Source of the DNA: Lachnospiraceae bacterium
Lineage (GTDB): Bacteria; Bacillota; Clostridia; Lachnospirales; Lachnospiraceae
Assembly: GCA_022774705.1 (NCBI GenBank)
Contig: JALFLM010000028.1
Span: 1,066 to 65,065 of the forward strand
DNA: 64,000 nucleotides
Direction: 5' to 3'
Within the stretch, counting starts at the first letter, position 1; each line of letters begins with the position of its first letter. The notes under the pieces were generated by a model. It saw nothing but the letters and a program-made list of their open reading frames with translations. It made no database searches and was not told the DNA's origin. Of this stretch, positions 8,468 to 16,940 are shown in pieces. Position numbers and translations under genes: made by a program.

Positions 8468-10204
8468 TTACTCCTCCTCCTTGCGCCCGGATGTTCTGCT
8501 GACACGTTCCGCAAAGAAGCCTTTGCCGGAAACCGTTTCACGGCAGCTGTCCGCGCTGTGTTTCTTCTCTTTTCCGCTGTCTGCAGAATCCTGTCCGCCC
8601 TCTGCCTTTTTGCCGTATCCGTATCCGCTTCCGTATCCGTATCTGCTGCCATATCCATAACCTCTTCCATATCCGTAACTGCTTCCATAACCGCTGTACC
8701 GCCCGTAACGGCTGCCTGCTGCGGCGGATATATCAATACCGGTGATCTGCTGAATCAGAAGAGGTATTGTATAAATATTGTTGAGCACACAGCCCAGAAG
8801 CTTTGCGCCACCTTCCTTCAGCTGATCGATGCAGTCATTCACAGCCTCGGTGGGAGCATGGTCAGGCGTGATGACCAGCAGGGAATAGTCCGCATAGCGG
8901 GTCAGGATCTCCGCATCCGCGACCATCTCGACAGGAGGCGTATCGATGATAATGTAGTCCATCCGGCTTTTCATCTGAACCATCAGATTTCTCATGCGTT
9001 CTCCTGTGAGAATCTCACTGGAATCGGCACAGTGGTTTTTATTGCAGATCATATAGATCCCGCTTGTTTCATCCCGTGTCAGGCAGTCTGCAATCGCTGC
9101 TTTTCCACGCAGATAGTCACTGAATTCTTCGTGATTTTCCTCTTCCAGCTCAAAGATTTTGTGCTGAGCCGGTTTTCTCAGATCCCCGTCCATCAGAAGC
9201 ACCTTATCTGAAATACCGGCAAATGCCAGAGCCAGATTGGCGGCAACCGTGGACTTTCCTTCATTTTCCAGCATGCTGGTAATGAGAATCACTTTCCTGC
9301 CGCTGCGGGCACAGCGGGCTGCCAGCTTTTCTCTGAGCCGTCTGTAGCTTTCCACAAATCCGAAGCTTGCTACAGGTGAGCTGATCATCAGTGATTTTTT
9401 CTTTTTGAGTCTGCCCGGGCGAAGTGCCATGCGGAATGTCTTGTATTTGCGTTCATGGTATATAGCCGCATACAGCTTTGTATCCAGTTTTCTTTCCACG
9501 TCTTTTTCGTTTTTTACACTGTCGTAGTAATAGGACAGGATCAGGATCAGAGCCGCTGTGACTGCCATGGCCGCTGCTGCCCACTTCCGGCTCATGTCGG
9601 CTGCATCATAGCTGTTGTCCGGCTCTGACGGATAGACGGCAGGAACCAGTTCCTCCAGCACGTATCCCGGGTACATCATCTCCGAGATATCGGAGTAGTG
9701 CTGCAGAATCCCTTTAATGACCCTGTGCGATGTGGTCGGCTTATCGGAACGTACCGACAGGGATACCATGTTGCTGTCCGCAATAACCTCCGCATGGACT
9801 TCCACATTCAGTTTTTTCAGTCCCATGTCTTCCGACACTTCCTGAAGTATGTAATCATCTGTCAGAATATTGGTAAATCGCTCCGCATTGCCGGAATAGG
9901 TGCTGAAGCTGTCGCCGCTTCGGGCGGTTCCGGTTACGATGACAGTGGTGGAGGATGTGTACATGGGTTTGTATCCGATGCCGGCAATGTATTCAATACC
10001 GGGCACAGAGCCGATGCCGGGCACAGAGCCAATACCGGAAATGCAGGGCAGCGTATTGACCATCAGGCAGGCTGTGATTCCTGCCAGAAGGATAACCCAC
10101 CAGTTTTTCAGCAGATCCTTCAGCAGTGTACAGCAGTCAAGATTGGCGAAAAATTCTTCTTCTCTGTCAGCCGGAGTCCGGGTCATTGTTTCATGTTCGT
10201 TCAA
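8468..10204 (-). CDS. Fused Wzz-like chain-length determinant / BY-type protein tyrosine kinase (copy 1)
   Basis: 578-aa ORF with a TTG start preceded by AAGGAGG. Walker A is ENEGKST, A' is LLMDGDLRKP, B is IIIDTPP. The Tyr cluster SRYGRYSGYGSSYGYGRGYGYGSRYGYGSGYGYG has 11 Tyr and is followed by a 47-aa charged extension. Confidence 0.85.
   Translation of the reverse strand: MNEHETMTRTPADREEEFFANLDCCTLLKDLLKNWWVILLAGITACLMVNTLPCISGIGSVPGIGSVPGIEYIAGIGYKPMYTSSTTVIVTGTARSGDSFSTYSGNAERFTNILTDDYILQEVSEDMGLKKLNVEVHAEVIADSNMVSLSVRSDKPTTSHRVIKGILQHYSDISEMMYPGYVLEELVPAVYPSEPDNSYDAADMSRKWAAAAMAVTAALILILSYYYDSVKNEKDVERKLDTKLYAAIYHERKYKTFRMALRPGRLKKKKSLMISSPVASFGFVESYRRLREKLAARCARSGRKVILITSMLENEGKSTVAANLALAFAGISDKVLLMDGDLRKPAQHKIFELEEENHEEFSDYLRGKAAIADCLTRDETSGIYMICNKNHCADSSEILTGERMRNLMVQMKSRMDYIIIDTPPVEMVADAEILTRYADYSLLVITPDHAPTEAVNDCIDQLKEGGAKLLGCVLNNIYTIPLLIQQITGIDISAAAGSRYGRYSGYGSSYGYGRGYGYGSRYGYGSGYGYGKKAEGGQDSADSGKEKKHSADSCRETVSGKGFFAERVSRTSGRKEEE
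9978..10049. repeat. In-frame 18-bp tandem repeat (2 near-identical plus 2 degenerate units) inside kinase copy 1
   Basis: ATACCGGGCACAGAGCCG / ATGCCGGGCACAGAGCCA are flanked by degenerate units. They encode ...ISGIGSVPGIGSVPGIEYIAGIGYK just after the first TM segment. Confidence 0.7.
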
Positions 10205-10215
10205 GGGGGGCCTCC

Positions 10216-11154
10216 TTACTCGTAAACGATTACGGACAGGGTGTCCCTTCCGATATATCTGTCCTGGGTAATGATCGTATAGGTTACCGTGTAGGCTCCC
10301 GGCTTTCCGGTGTCTGCCTCATTTTCAATATGTATGTCTTTGTAATTGAGTTCTTCGATTACTTTATCTTCGGCCTCTCTGTTTGACGGATCACCGAAAA
10401 GACCATTTACTTTTGTACCTTCCCCGGCAGATTTTCTGGCAGAATCTTTTTTAAATTTATATTCTGTGCTGCCAATGGTTACATTCTCCATATATCTCCA
10501 GGGATCGAATGTTTTTCCTTTTTTGATATAGACCACATAATCGCTCAGATTGACAGATGGCGTGCATGCCATGTCCTCCGGATCATAGATTTCCACCACC
10601 AGATCGATACCCGCCATATCGCCGGCCGAGTTGGATACCTGATACCCCAGCTTATAGCTTCCTGCCTCCGGCAGATCGGGGATATATCCATAGGTCAGCC
10701 GGATTCGTCCGGTCAGATTGCCGTCCAGCCTGTCCTCCACGCTCAGATACTGCAGAAGATCCAGCTCTTTCCCTGCCGGAAAACGAAGCTGAGTGCTGAT
10801 GGAAAAACGGGGAGGCTCATAATCGCTGTAGGTCAGTTTCCTGACTGCCCGCCCCATATTGTTAAAGGAATCACAGACCACGTATGTGATCTCCCTGCTT
10901 CCGTCCGATAAAAACGGTCCGATCTTTTCCACCGCAATTTCATCGGTTATGTCGCCGTCTTTATCATCCAAGGCCGCGACCCCCTCCAGAAGTGCCGACT
11001 CGGGTTCTTCCGTACTGATTTCAATCGCATCGCTGTCACATGTAATAACAGGAGCTGTATCGTCCAGATTCTGCTCATAATAAAAGCGAAGTCCCGCATA
11101 ACTGCCTGCAGAAATAATAAACAGAACCACCGCCAGTATTCTGATATATTTCAT
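10216..11154 (-). CDS. Membrane-anchored protein with bacterial Ig-like (DUF5011-type) repeats
   Basis: 312-aa ORF with an N-terminal anchor (MKYIRILAVVLFIISAGSYA). Repeated ...D..DG.IT..I... beta modules are present (APVITCDSDAIEIS...ALDDKDGDITDEIAVE; VEDRLDGNLTGRIRL). Confidence 0.6.
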   Translation of the reverse strand: MKYIRILAVVLFIISAGSYAGLRFYYEQNLDDTAPVITCDSDAIEISTEEPESALLEGVAALDDKDGDITDEIAVEKIGPFLSDGSREITYVVCDSFNNMGRAVRKLTYSDYEPPRFSISTQLRFPAGKELDLLQYLSVEDRLDGNLTGRIRLTYGYIPDLPEAGSYKLGYQVSNSAGDMAGIDLVVEIYDPEDMACTPSVNLSDYVVYIKKGKTFDPWRYMENVTIGSTEYKFKKDSARKSAGEGTKVNGLFGDPSNREAEDKVIEELNYKDIHIENEADTGKPGAYTVTYTIITQDRYIGRDTLSVIVYE

Positions 11155-11173
11155 ATATAATTCCTTTCCTTTT

Positions 11174-11914
11174 TCAGCCTACCGGCCACAGGATTTCTTT
11201 TCCTTCCAGTATCCTTTCCGGGTTGGCACGGGTGAGAAAATCGGCATAATCCTCTCCGTACTCCTGTGAAAGCATCAGGCGCACTTCGTCCATATACGTG
11301 GTGCGCCACTCCGAATGGTGGGCATCGCTGGCTACGCAGCTGACCATCCCTTCTTCGAGAAGACGGGCTCCGCAGTAATACGGGGCCCTGCCGAATCTTC
11401 CCAGCAGACTGCCTTTATTCACCTGTATCCCGCATCCCATCCAGATCCAGTAATCTACAATTCCCGGATCTTTCTGAACATACTCGTAGCGCTCGGGATG
11501 GGCTACAATGGGAACATAATCCATACGGCAGATATCCGCAAGAATATCCGTAGCATAGTAAGGGGCTCCGCCGAACGGAAATTCTATCAGCAGATATCTG
11601 GTATCATTGATCGTCATAAGACGTCCTTCCTTCAGAAGGTCGGGAACCAGAGGTGTTCCGAATACTTCCATCCCGGTATAGAGCTCCAGAGGAATCCCTT
11701 CTTCACTCACCTGTTTTCTGAACGCCTCCATCCTGAGACGCAGTACGTCATCGTCATTATAATTATCAAACATCTCCGGTATATTGCAGTGGGGAGTCAT
11801 CACCAGACGGTTGACGCCGCTCCTTACCGCCTGTTCCGCCATTTCCAGAGAAATCTCCGGATCCGGTGATCCGTCATCCACCCCCGGAAGAATATGTGTA
11901 TGTATATCTATCAT
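11174..11914 (-). CDS. PHP-family protein tyrosine phosphatase (CpsB/YwqE type)
   Basis: 246-aa ORF. The N-terminus MIDIHTHILPGVDDGS and later HPERY / SDAHH metal-binding motifs are typical of CpsB/CapC/YwqE. Confidence 0.85.
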   Translation of the reverse strand: MIDIHTHILPGVDDGSPDPEISLEMAEQAVRSGVNRLVMTPHCNIPEMFDNYNDDDVLRLRMEAFRKQVSEEGIPLELYTGMEVFGTPLVPDLLKEGRLMTINDTRYLLIEFPFGGAPYYATDILADICRMDYVPIVAHPERYEYVQKDPGIVDYWIWMGCGIQVNKGSLLGRFGRAPYYCGARLLEEGMVSCVASDAHHSEWRTTYMDEVRLMLSQEYGEDYADFLTRANPERILEGKEILWPVG

Positions 11915-11940
11915 TATAACTCATCAATCCTTTGTCACAG

Positions 11941-11974
11941 AAAAGGGAGTTGTAAATCCGTCTTACAACTCCCC
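11941..11974 (-). terminator. Rho-independent terminator of acpP
   Basis: Perfect 11-bp stem: GGGAGTTGTAA (11945-11955) pairs with TTACAACTCCC (11963-11973) around a 7-nt loop. A U tract follows on the minus strand. Confidence 0.65.
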
Positions 11975-12011
11975 GCCATACTTATCAGGCCCCTGTCAAT
12001 CCCTGCTCAGA

Positions 12012-12245
12012 TTATTCGGTAATACCTTTGGATTCCAGATACTCGATCATATCATTGACCGTTTCAATGTTCTCCAGTTCCTCTGCAGGTACTTCAATAC
12101 CGTACTCCTCTTCCAGGTTCATAACCATCTCAAACAGATCGAGGGAATCTGCTCCCAGATCGTCCTTGAAAGATGTGTCTCCCTTTACGTCGGAGGCATC
12201 AACACCCAGCTGATCAACCAATAATTCTGTAATCTTCTCTAACAT
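12012..12245 (-). CDS. acpP: Acyl carrier protein
   Basis: 77-aa acidic ORF with the DLGADSLD phosphopantetheine attachment motif. AAGGAG RBS. Confidence 0.9.
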   Translation of the reverse strand: MLEKITELLVDQLGVDASDVKGDTSFKDDLGADSLDLFEMVMNLEEEYGIEVPAEELENIETVNDMIEYLESKGITE

Positions 12246-12328
12246 GATAAACTCCTTTTTATAATCTCTTGGATTCCTTTGGATTTCAAATCAAAGAATA
12301 AACCAGAATTCTCCTCTTGTCAATCATA

Positions 12329-12799
12329 TTATTTCACAATCTCGCAGGCTGAAGCCCCCAGATATCCGATCAGCTGCTCGGGATTGACGATAATCTGTAC
12401 ACCTCTGGCGCCTCCGCTCAGGTAAATCTCATCAAACAGCAGTGCTGTCTCTTCGAAATATGTGGGATACTTCTTCTTCATCCCCACAGGGGAGCATCCG
12501 CCCCGGATATAACCGGTAAGTCCCAGCAGTTCCTTTACATGGACCATCTCGATCTTCTTATCCTTCGCTGCGGCTGCAGCTTTTTTCAGGTCCAGCTCCT
12601 CGTTGACGGGAATACAGAAAACCATGATTCCTTTCTTCTCGCCTCTGGCCACCAGGGTCTTGAAGCAGGTATCTGGATCGATCCCCAGCTGGGCCACCAC
12701 ATGATCCCCTCCCAGATGCTCTTCATCAAATTCATATTCCTGAGAGCGGTAGGGGATGCCCGCCTGCTCCAGGATACGCATTGCATTTGTCTTTACCAT
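12329..12799 (-). CDS. ybaK: Cys-tRNA(Pro)/Cys-tRNA(Cys) deacylase, YbaK/EbsC family
   Basis: 156-aa ORF. AMRILEQAGIPY...FKTLV...GYIRGGCSPVGMKK...GGARG match the YbaK family pattern. Confidence 0.8.
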   Translation of the reverse strand: MVKTNAMRILEQAGIPYRSQEYEFDEEHLGGDHVVAQLGIDPDTCFKTLVARGEKKGIMVFCIPVNEELDLKKAAAAAKDKKIEMVHVKELLGLTGYIRGGCSPVGMKKKYPTYFEETALLFDEIYLSGGARGVQIIVNPEQLIGYLGASACEIVK

Positions 12800-12865
12800 A
12801 TCTGTAAGCCTTCTTTCATTTATCCCATATTATCTGATCTGCTTTTATAAAGCTCTGTATGTCGT

Positions 12866-15016
12866 TTATCCCACATTCTGCTGTGCCCTTGTTTTCAGCT
12901 TTTTGAGAAAATCAGGTACTTTTCCTTTTTCGATGAAAAACTCGGAAACCATCTCTTCACCGGTTTCAGCATCGGTCATATAGGCTGTTACAAAAAATCC
13001 CGGCTCCACATCCTTCAGTGTAAGGCTGATGTTGCTGTAGTAAGCAGATACCAGATAAGGTCTCAGTTCATCCATCTGCTTCTGATCCTCGGTCCACAGT
13101 GTGTTGTACTGTCCTGATGCGGAACTTGATTCATCCCATTCTGTAACACTGCCTTCTTCATTGCCGATCAGATAGCTGTCACCGTCCATCCCGCTGCCCT
13201 CTTCATAAAGAATCCGGGCCTTGTAGATGGTATCATATATGGATGTCTGCTCATAACCGTAGCCCTTCAGCAGTGTGAGAGTATGCTGGAAGGAAGGATA
13301 TACGGGATAGGAATTGTAATAATCGTTCTGACTTCCGGTAAATTCCAGAAGCAGCACCGGTTCCTCGCTTCGCACTGTCTCCAGAGCCAGATCCTTCAGT
13401 TCCCTTTTATAGGTCCTGAGCAGGGTAATATACTGTGCATCATCCAGTGTCAGCTTCTTTTTGTTCTCGAAATAACTGTTATTGATCCATACGGTGCAGT
13501 TTTCCTCTCCCCTCGTGAGGACAGGATACAGAGCTTCCTTAAAGCGGTCCATGGCAAAGATCTCACTGCACTCCGCAAAATGATCCTTAACCGTAAGGCT
13601 GTAGGACCGGTACACGCATCTGCCGTTCTTAAGCCGGTAGCAGACCGCCATCGTCCCGTACGTTTCTTTACTTTTCCGATCCTGAATCGCCTGCTCCGCC
13701 ATCCTGAGAACCGGCTGAACATTTTTCAGGTTCATCTGTGACAGCGCGGCACACTGTTCCCTGCTGGTATAGGTAGAACTGAACACCATGTTCTGGTTCA
13801 TCAGTTTTTCATATTCTTCCTTTGTATAGTCTTTTATGTAGCTGCGGTAATATTCCAGCTCCGATATGGAGACTCCCACCGAATCCAGCTGATCTTCAGA
13901 GGGCAAATAAGTATCGTATCCGGTCAGATCGAAGCGGAACACACACATGAATACGACGGCAAAGGCGGTACAGATCACCATGGACAGCCTGTTGTGGAAA
14001 AATGCCCGGAAATCCATCTGCAGCACCATCTGCATGATACAGTGCATGATGATGCACCCGGCCACAACACCGAAATACAGCCAGAAATCTTTATTGCTGT
14101 AAGCCATTGACCGCAGTAAAAGCCCTGTCATCACGCCGACAATAGTAACTGTCAGAAAACTGATGACCGGTCCGGCCAGAGGATAGGCCAGACCGCAGCC
14201 CGTCTTTTCCGCAGGTCTTCCGAGAAACAGTACATATGCAGATAACGGCAGAAGAACCGTCATGGCTGCCAGAACCCCCATGGAGAAAATATCGTAATAT
14301 CCTGTCATCTCATACCGTTCCAGCATGTCGATGCAGATGGTAACAGCACTGCCGCTGCCGTAGAGCAGCGGTTTGCCCGTATCCATATACATATCGAAAA
14401 ATATGCCCTGACATTCTTTAACCATGGTACAGAGAACAGGTCCCCCAAAATGCAGGATCAGAAGCGTCACAATGCTGGACAGATAGCTTCCCGCCAGTAA
14501 AACAGCAATCACGCTGACCGAATAAAGGATCCAGTAAAATACCAGGTATACAAAAGCCAGAACCGTCAGTTCTCTCACATATCCCACGATCATGGCGCCG
14601 TGGGCGATCCCCACCAGCACCGCACTGCCGTATATAATGATGTAGGGCAGGGCAAACATCAGAAGGCCGGTCAGATAGCGGCAGAGAAACTGCATTCCTC
14701 TGCTGATGGGCAGAGAATGATAAAAATCAACCTTGCTGCGGCTGAACAGATAGCCGAATTCCAGCACAGCGGCAAATACAGCCATGAAAAATATCATGGC
14801 GATAAGCATGCCGTTGGTGGTCATGAATTCCACCAGAAAACTCTCGGGCATATTGGACAGTTTGTCCGAGTACTGCCCCAGACTCAGTGCCACACTGACA
14901 GGAAGTACAAAGATCATAACAATGGCAAAAATACCTCCCGCCCAGATGGTACGCAGACATTCCTGCCTCAGCAGATGTTCAAAAAGCCTTCTAGCCGATA
15001 ATTTTTTTGATATCAT
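12866..15016 (-). CDS. Putative ABC transporter permease with a large C-terminal soluble domain
   Basis: The track ORF starts at 15037. The ATG at 15016 has GGAGGT 8 nt upstream, so I prefer it. There are about 10 hydrophobic segments in the first ~390 aa, then ~330 aa of soluble sequence. It overlaps the stop of the ABC ATPase gene. Confidence 0.65.
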   Translation of the reverse strand: MISKKLSARRLFEHLLRQECLRTIWAGGIFAIVMIFVLPVSVALSLGQYSDKLSNMPESFLVEFMTTNGMLIAMIFFMAVFAAVLEFGYLFSRSKVDFYHSLPISRGMQFLCRYLTGLLMFALPYIIIYGSAVLVGIAHGAMIVGYVRELTVLAFVYLVFYWILYSVSVIAVLLAGSYLSSIVTLLILHFGGPVLCTMVKECQGIFFDMYMDTGKPLLYGSGSAVTICIDMLERYEMTGYYDIFSMGVLAAMTVLLPLSAYVLFLGRPAEKTGCGLAYPLAGPVISFLTVTIVGVMTGLLLRSMAYSNKDFWLYFGVVAGCIIMHCIMQMVLQMDFRAFFHNRLSMVICTAFAVVFMCVFRFDLTGYDTYLPSEDQLDSVGVSISELEYYRSYIKDYTKEEYEKLMNQNMVFSSTYTSREQCAALSQMNLKNVQPVLRMAEQAIQDRKSKETYGTMAVCYRLKNGRCVYRSYSLTVKDHFAECSEIFAMDRFKEALYPVLTRGEENCTVWINNSYFENKKKLTLDDAQYITLLRTYKRELKDLALETVRSEEPVLLLEFTGSQNDYYNSYPVYPSFQHTLTLLKGYGYEQTSIYDTIYKARILYEEGSGMDGDSYLIGNEEGSVTEWDESSSASGQYNTLWTEDQKQMDELRPYLVSAYYSNISLTLKDVEPGFFVTAYMTDAETGEEMVSEFFIEKGKVPDFLKKLKTRAQQNVG

Positions 15017-15893
15017 ATCCTGCCACCTCCGTTTCACTGATAAAGATCTCTTCCAGACTCAGGGGAAGGATCTCATAAAACAGCGGATTCTGTGCTGTAA
15101 TGGCCGAAATCAGCTGTTCCCTGTGGCCGCGCACGGTTACGGTATACAGGGAGCCGCGGCACTCCCGACTGACCAGATCAAGGCCCTCGAAAGCCCTGGC
15201 CGCATCCCCTTCCTCCCGGAAGACGCACTGCGCCTTGTGAATATGAAGCTTCATGTCCTCCACATCCCTGGAAAGCAGCATGCCGCCTTTATAGAGCAGC
15301 CCCACATGGTCACAGATATCCTCCAGTTCCCGCATATTGTGGGAAGCGATCACCGGAGTAAACTCCCGGTGAGTCATCTCATAGGACAGAAGATTCTTCA
15401 CCATCTGCCGCATCACCGGGTCCAGCCCGTCAAATGTCTCATCACAGAGCATATACTTCGTACCGGCACACACACCGGCGATCATGCTCAGCTGCTTGCG
15501 CATCCCCTTGGAATAGGTATGAATCTTTTTGGAGGGATCCAGTTCCACATCCCGCACCATACGGTCATATCTTCCCGAATCGAAATCCTCATAAATCATC
15601 CGGTAATAATTGCGCATATCCACCAGTGTGGCATTCTCGAAAAAATACTGCTCATCGGATATGTAAAAAATCTTTTTCCTGGCCGGTACATGATCAAAAA
15701 CCTGCTGATCATCCACCAGAATCACGCCTTCATCTGCCCTGTAAATTCCGCTCATCAGACGCAGCAGTGAGCTTTTCCCGGAACCGTTGATCCCGATCAG
15801 ACCGAACACCGCGCCTTCTTTTATCTGAAACGATACCTGATCCACTGCCAGTGTATCTTCAAAGTACTTACTGACATTTCTCACATCAATCAT
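14991..15893 (-). CDS. ABC transporter ATP-binding protein
   Basis: Walker A is GINGSGKSS, the signature is YSKGMRKQLS and Walker B is YMLCDETFDGLD. The track start is 15929; the ATG at 15893 (MIDVRNVSKYF) is preceded by AGGAGG. Confidence 0.85.
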   Translation of the reverse strand: MIDVRNVSKYFEDTLAVDQVSFQIKEGAVFGLIGINGSGKSSLLRLMSGIYRADEGVILVDDQQVFDHVPARKKIFYISDEQYFFENATLVDMRNYYRMIYEDFDSGRYDRMVRDVELDPSKKIHTYSKGMRKQLSMIAGVCAGTKYMLCDETFDGLDPVMRQMVKNLLSYEMTHREFTPVIASHNMRELEDICDHVGLLYKGGMLLSRDVEDMKLHIHKAQCVFREEGDAARAFEGLDLVSRECRGSLYTVTVRGHREQLISAITAQNPLFYEILPLSLEEIFISETEVAGYDIKKIIG

Positions 15894-16023
15894 AGCAAAA
15901 AACTTCCTCCTGGCTGCCTTTTCCGGCATACCGTTATTATTTTAACACAGTGTCTGCAAAATAGCCAATTAAAAGACTGTTAAAATATTAAGCTTCTATT
16001 AAGGGCTTTGATTAGCCGTCACG

Positions 16024-16800
16024 TCATTTGTCGAAAAAAGCAAGGACCCTGTCGTATGCCATATTTCCTCCGAAAAGATCCAGAGCGCTTCCGATGGTGA
16101 CATCCACCTTTTCCCGCCCCAGACTCCGCAGCGTTTCCAGATCCTCAAAGCAGGATACACCCCCTGCGTAGGTTACCGGAATCTTTCCCCAGTCTCCCAG
16201 CATCCGCGCCACATCCTGCTCAATGCCGCCGGCATGGCCTTCCACATCCACCGCATGGATCAGAAATTCGCTGCAGCTTCCGGCAAGGGCATCCAGCAGC
16301 TCCGGCGTCAGTGCTTCTTTGGTGAATTTCTGCCACCTGTCGGTCACAATATAGTAGATTCCGTCCTTTTTTCTGCAGCTCAGATCCAGTACCAGATGCT
16401 CCTTCCCCACCCGGCTGCGGATCTTTTCCAGATTTTCCAGATTGATCCGGCCGTTTTTGAACACATAACTGGTTACGATCACATGGGAAGCCCCCGCTTT
16501 AATGTAATCCTCCGCATTGTCCGCGGTGATGCCGCCCCCGATCTGCATACTTCCCGGGCAGGCCCCAAGAGCGGCCAGAGCCTGTGCCCTGGTGGCCTCA
16601 AACCAGGGTGAAGTCACCGGATTCAGCATAATAATATGGCCGCCCTTCAGTCCGTCCTTTTCATAAAACCCGGCAAACCAGGCCGCATCCTTTTCCGATA
16701 CAAAATTATCAACCGCATAATCCCCCGAATCCTTCAGGCTTCCGCCCACAATCTGTTTTACTTTTCCGTTATGAATATCAATACATGGTCTGAATCTCAT
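16024..16800 (-). CDS. hisA: Phosphoribosylformimino-AICAR-P isomerase, eukaryote-type HisA-like
   Basis: MRFRPCIDIHNGKVKQIVGG..., GGGI, HAVDVEGHAGG and AGGVS are (beta/alpha)8 HisA/His6 signatures. The start at 16800 has a GGAGGAATGGAG RBS. The longer track ORF (to 17004) would overlap the upstream GT2 gene. Confidence 0.8.
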   Translation of the reverse strand: MRFRPCIDIHNGKVKQIVGGSLKDSGDYAVDNFVSEKDAAWFAGFYEKDGLKGGHIIMLNPVTSPWFEATRAQALAALGACPGSMQIGGGITADNAEDYIKAGASHVIVTSYVFKNGRINLENLEKIRSRVGKEHLVLDLSCRKKDGIYYIVTDRWQKFTKEALTPELLDALAGSCSEFLIHAVDVEGHAGGIEQDVARMLGDWGKIPVTYAGGVSCFEDLETLRSLGREKVDVTIGSALDLFGGNMAYDRVLAFFDK

Positions 16801-16940
16801 AAAAACTCCATTCCTCCGCCTTGCTGACTGAAAATTTATCCTGCATGAAACAGTTTTCCAATTGGTATGAGTCATACTGGATTTTATCAGAAAAAAAGCG
16901 GTTTCTCCGTATGAAAAACCGCCTCGTTTTTTATCTGCTG

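Noticed and set aside
14784-15770. 328-aa plus-strand ORF
   Set aside because: It lies entirely antisense to the ABC ATPase/permease genes, which have clear Walker and signature motifs. Its His/Gln/Pro-rich, low-complexity translation is typical of a shadow ORF.
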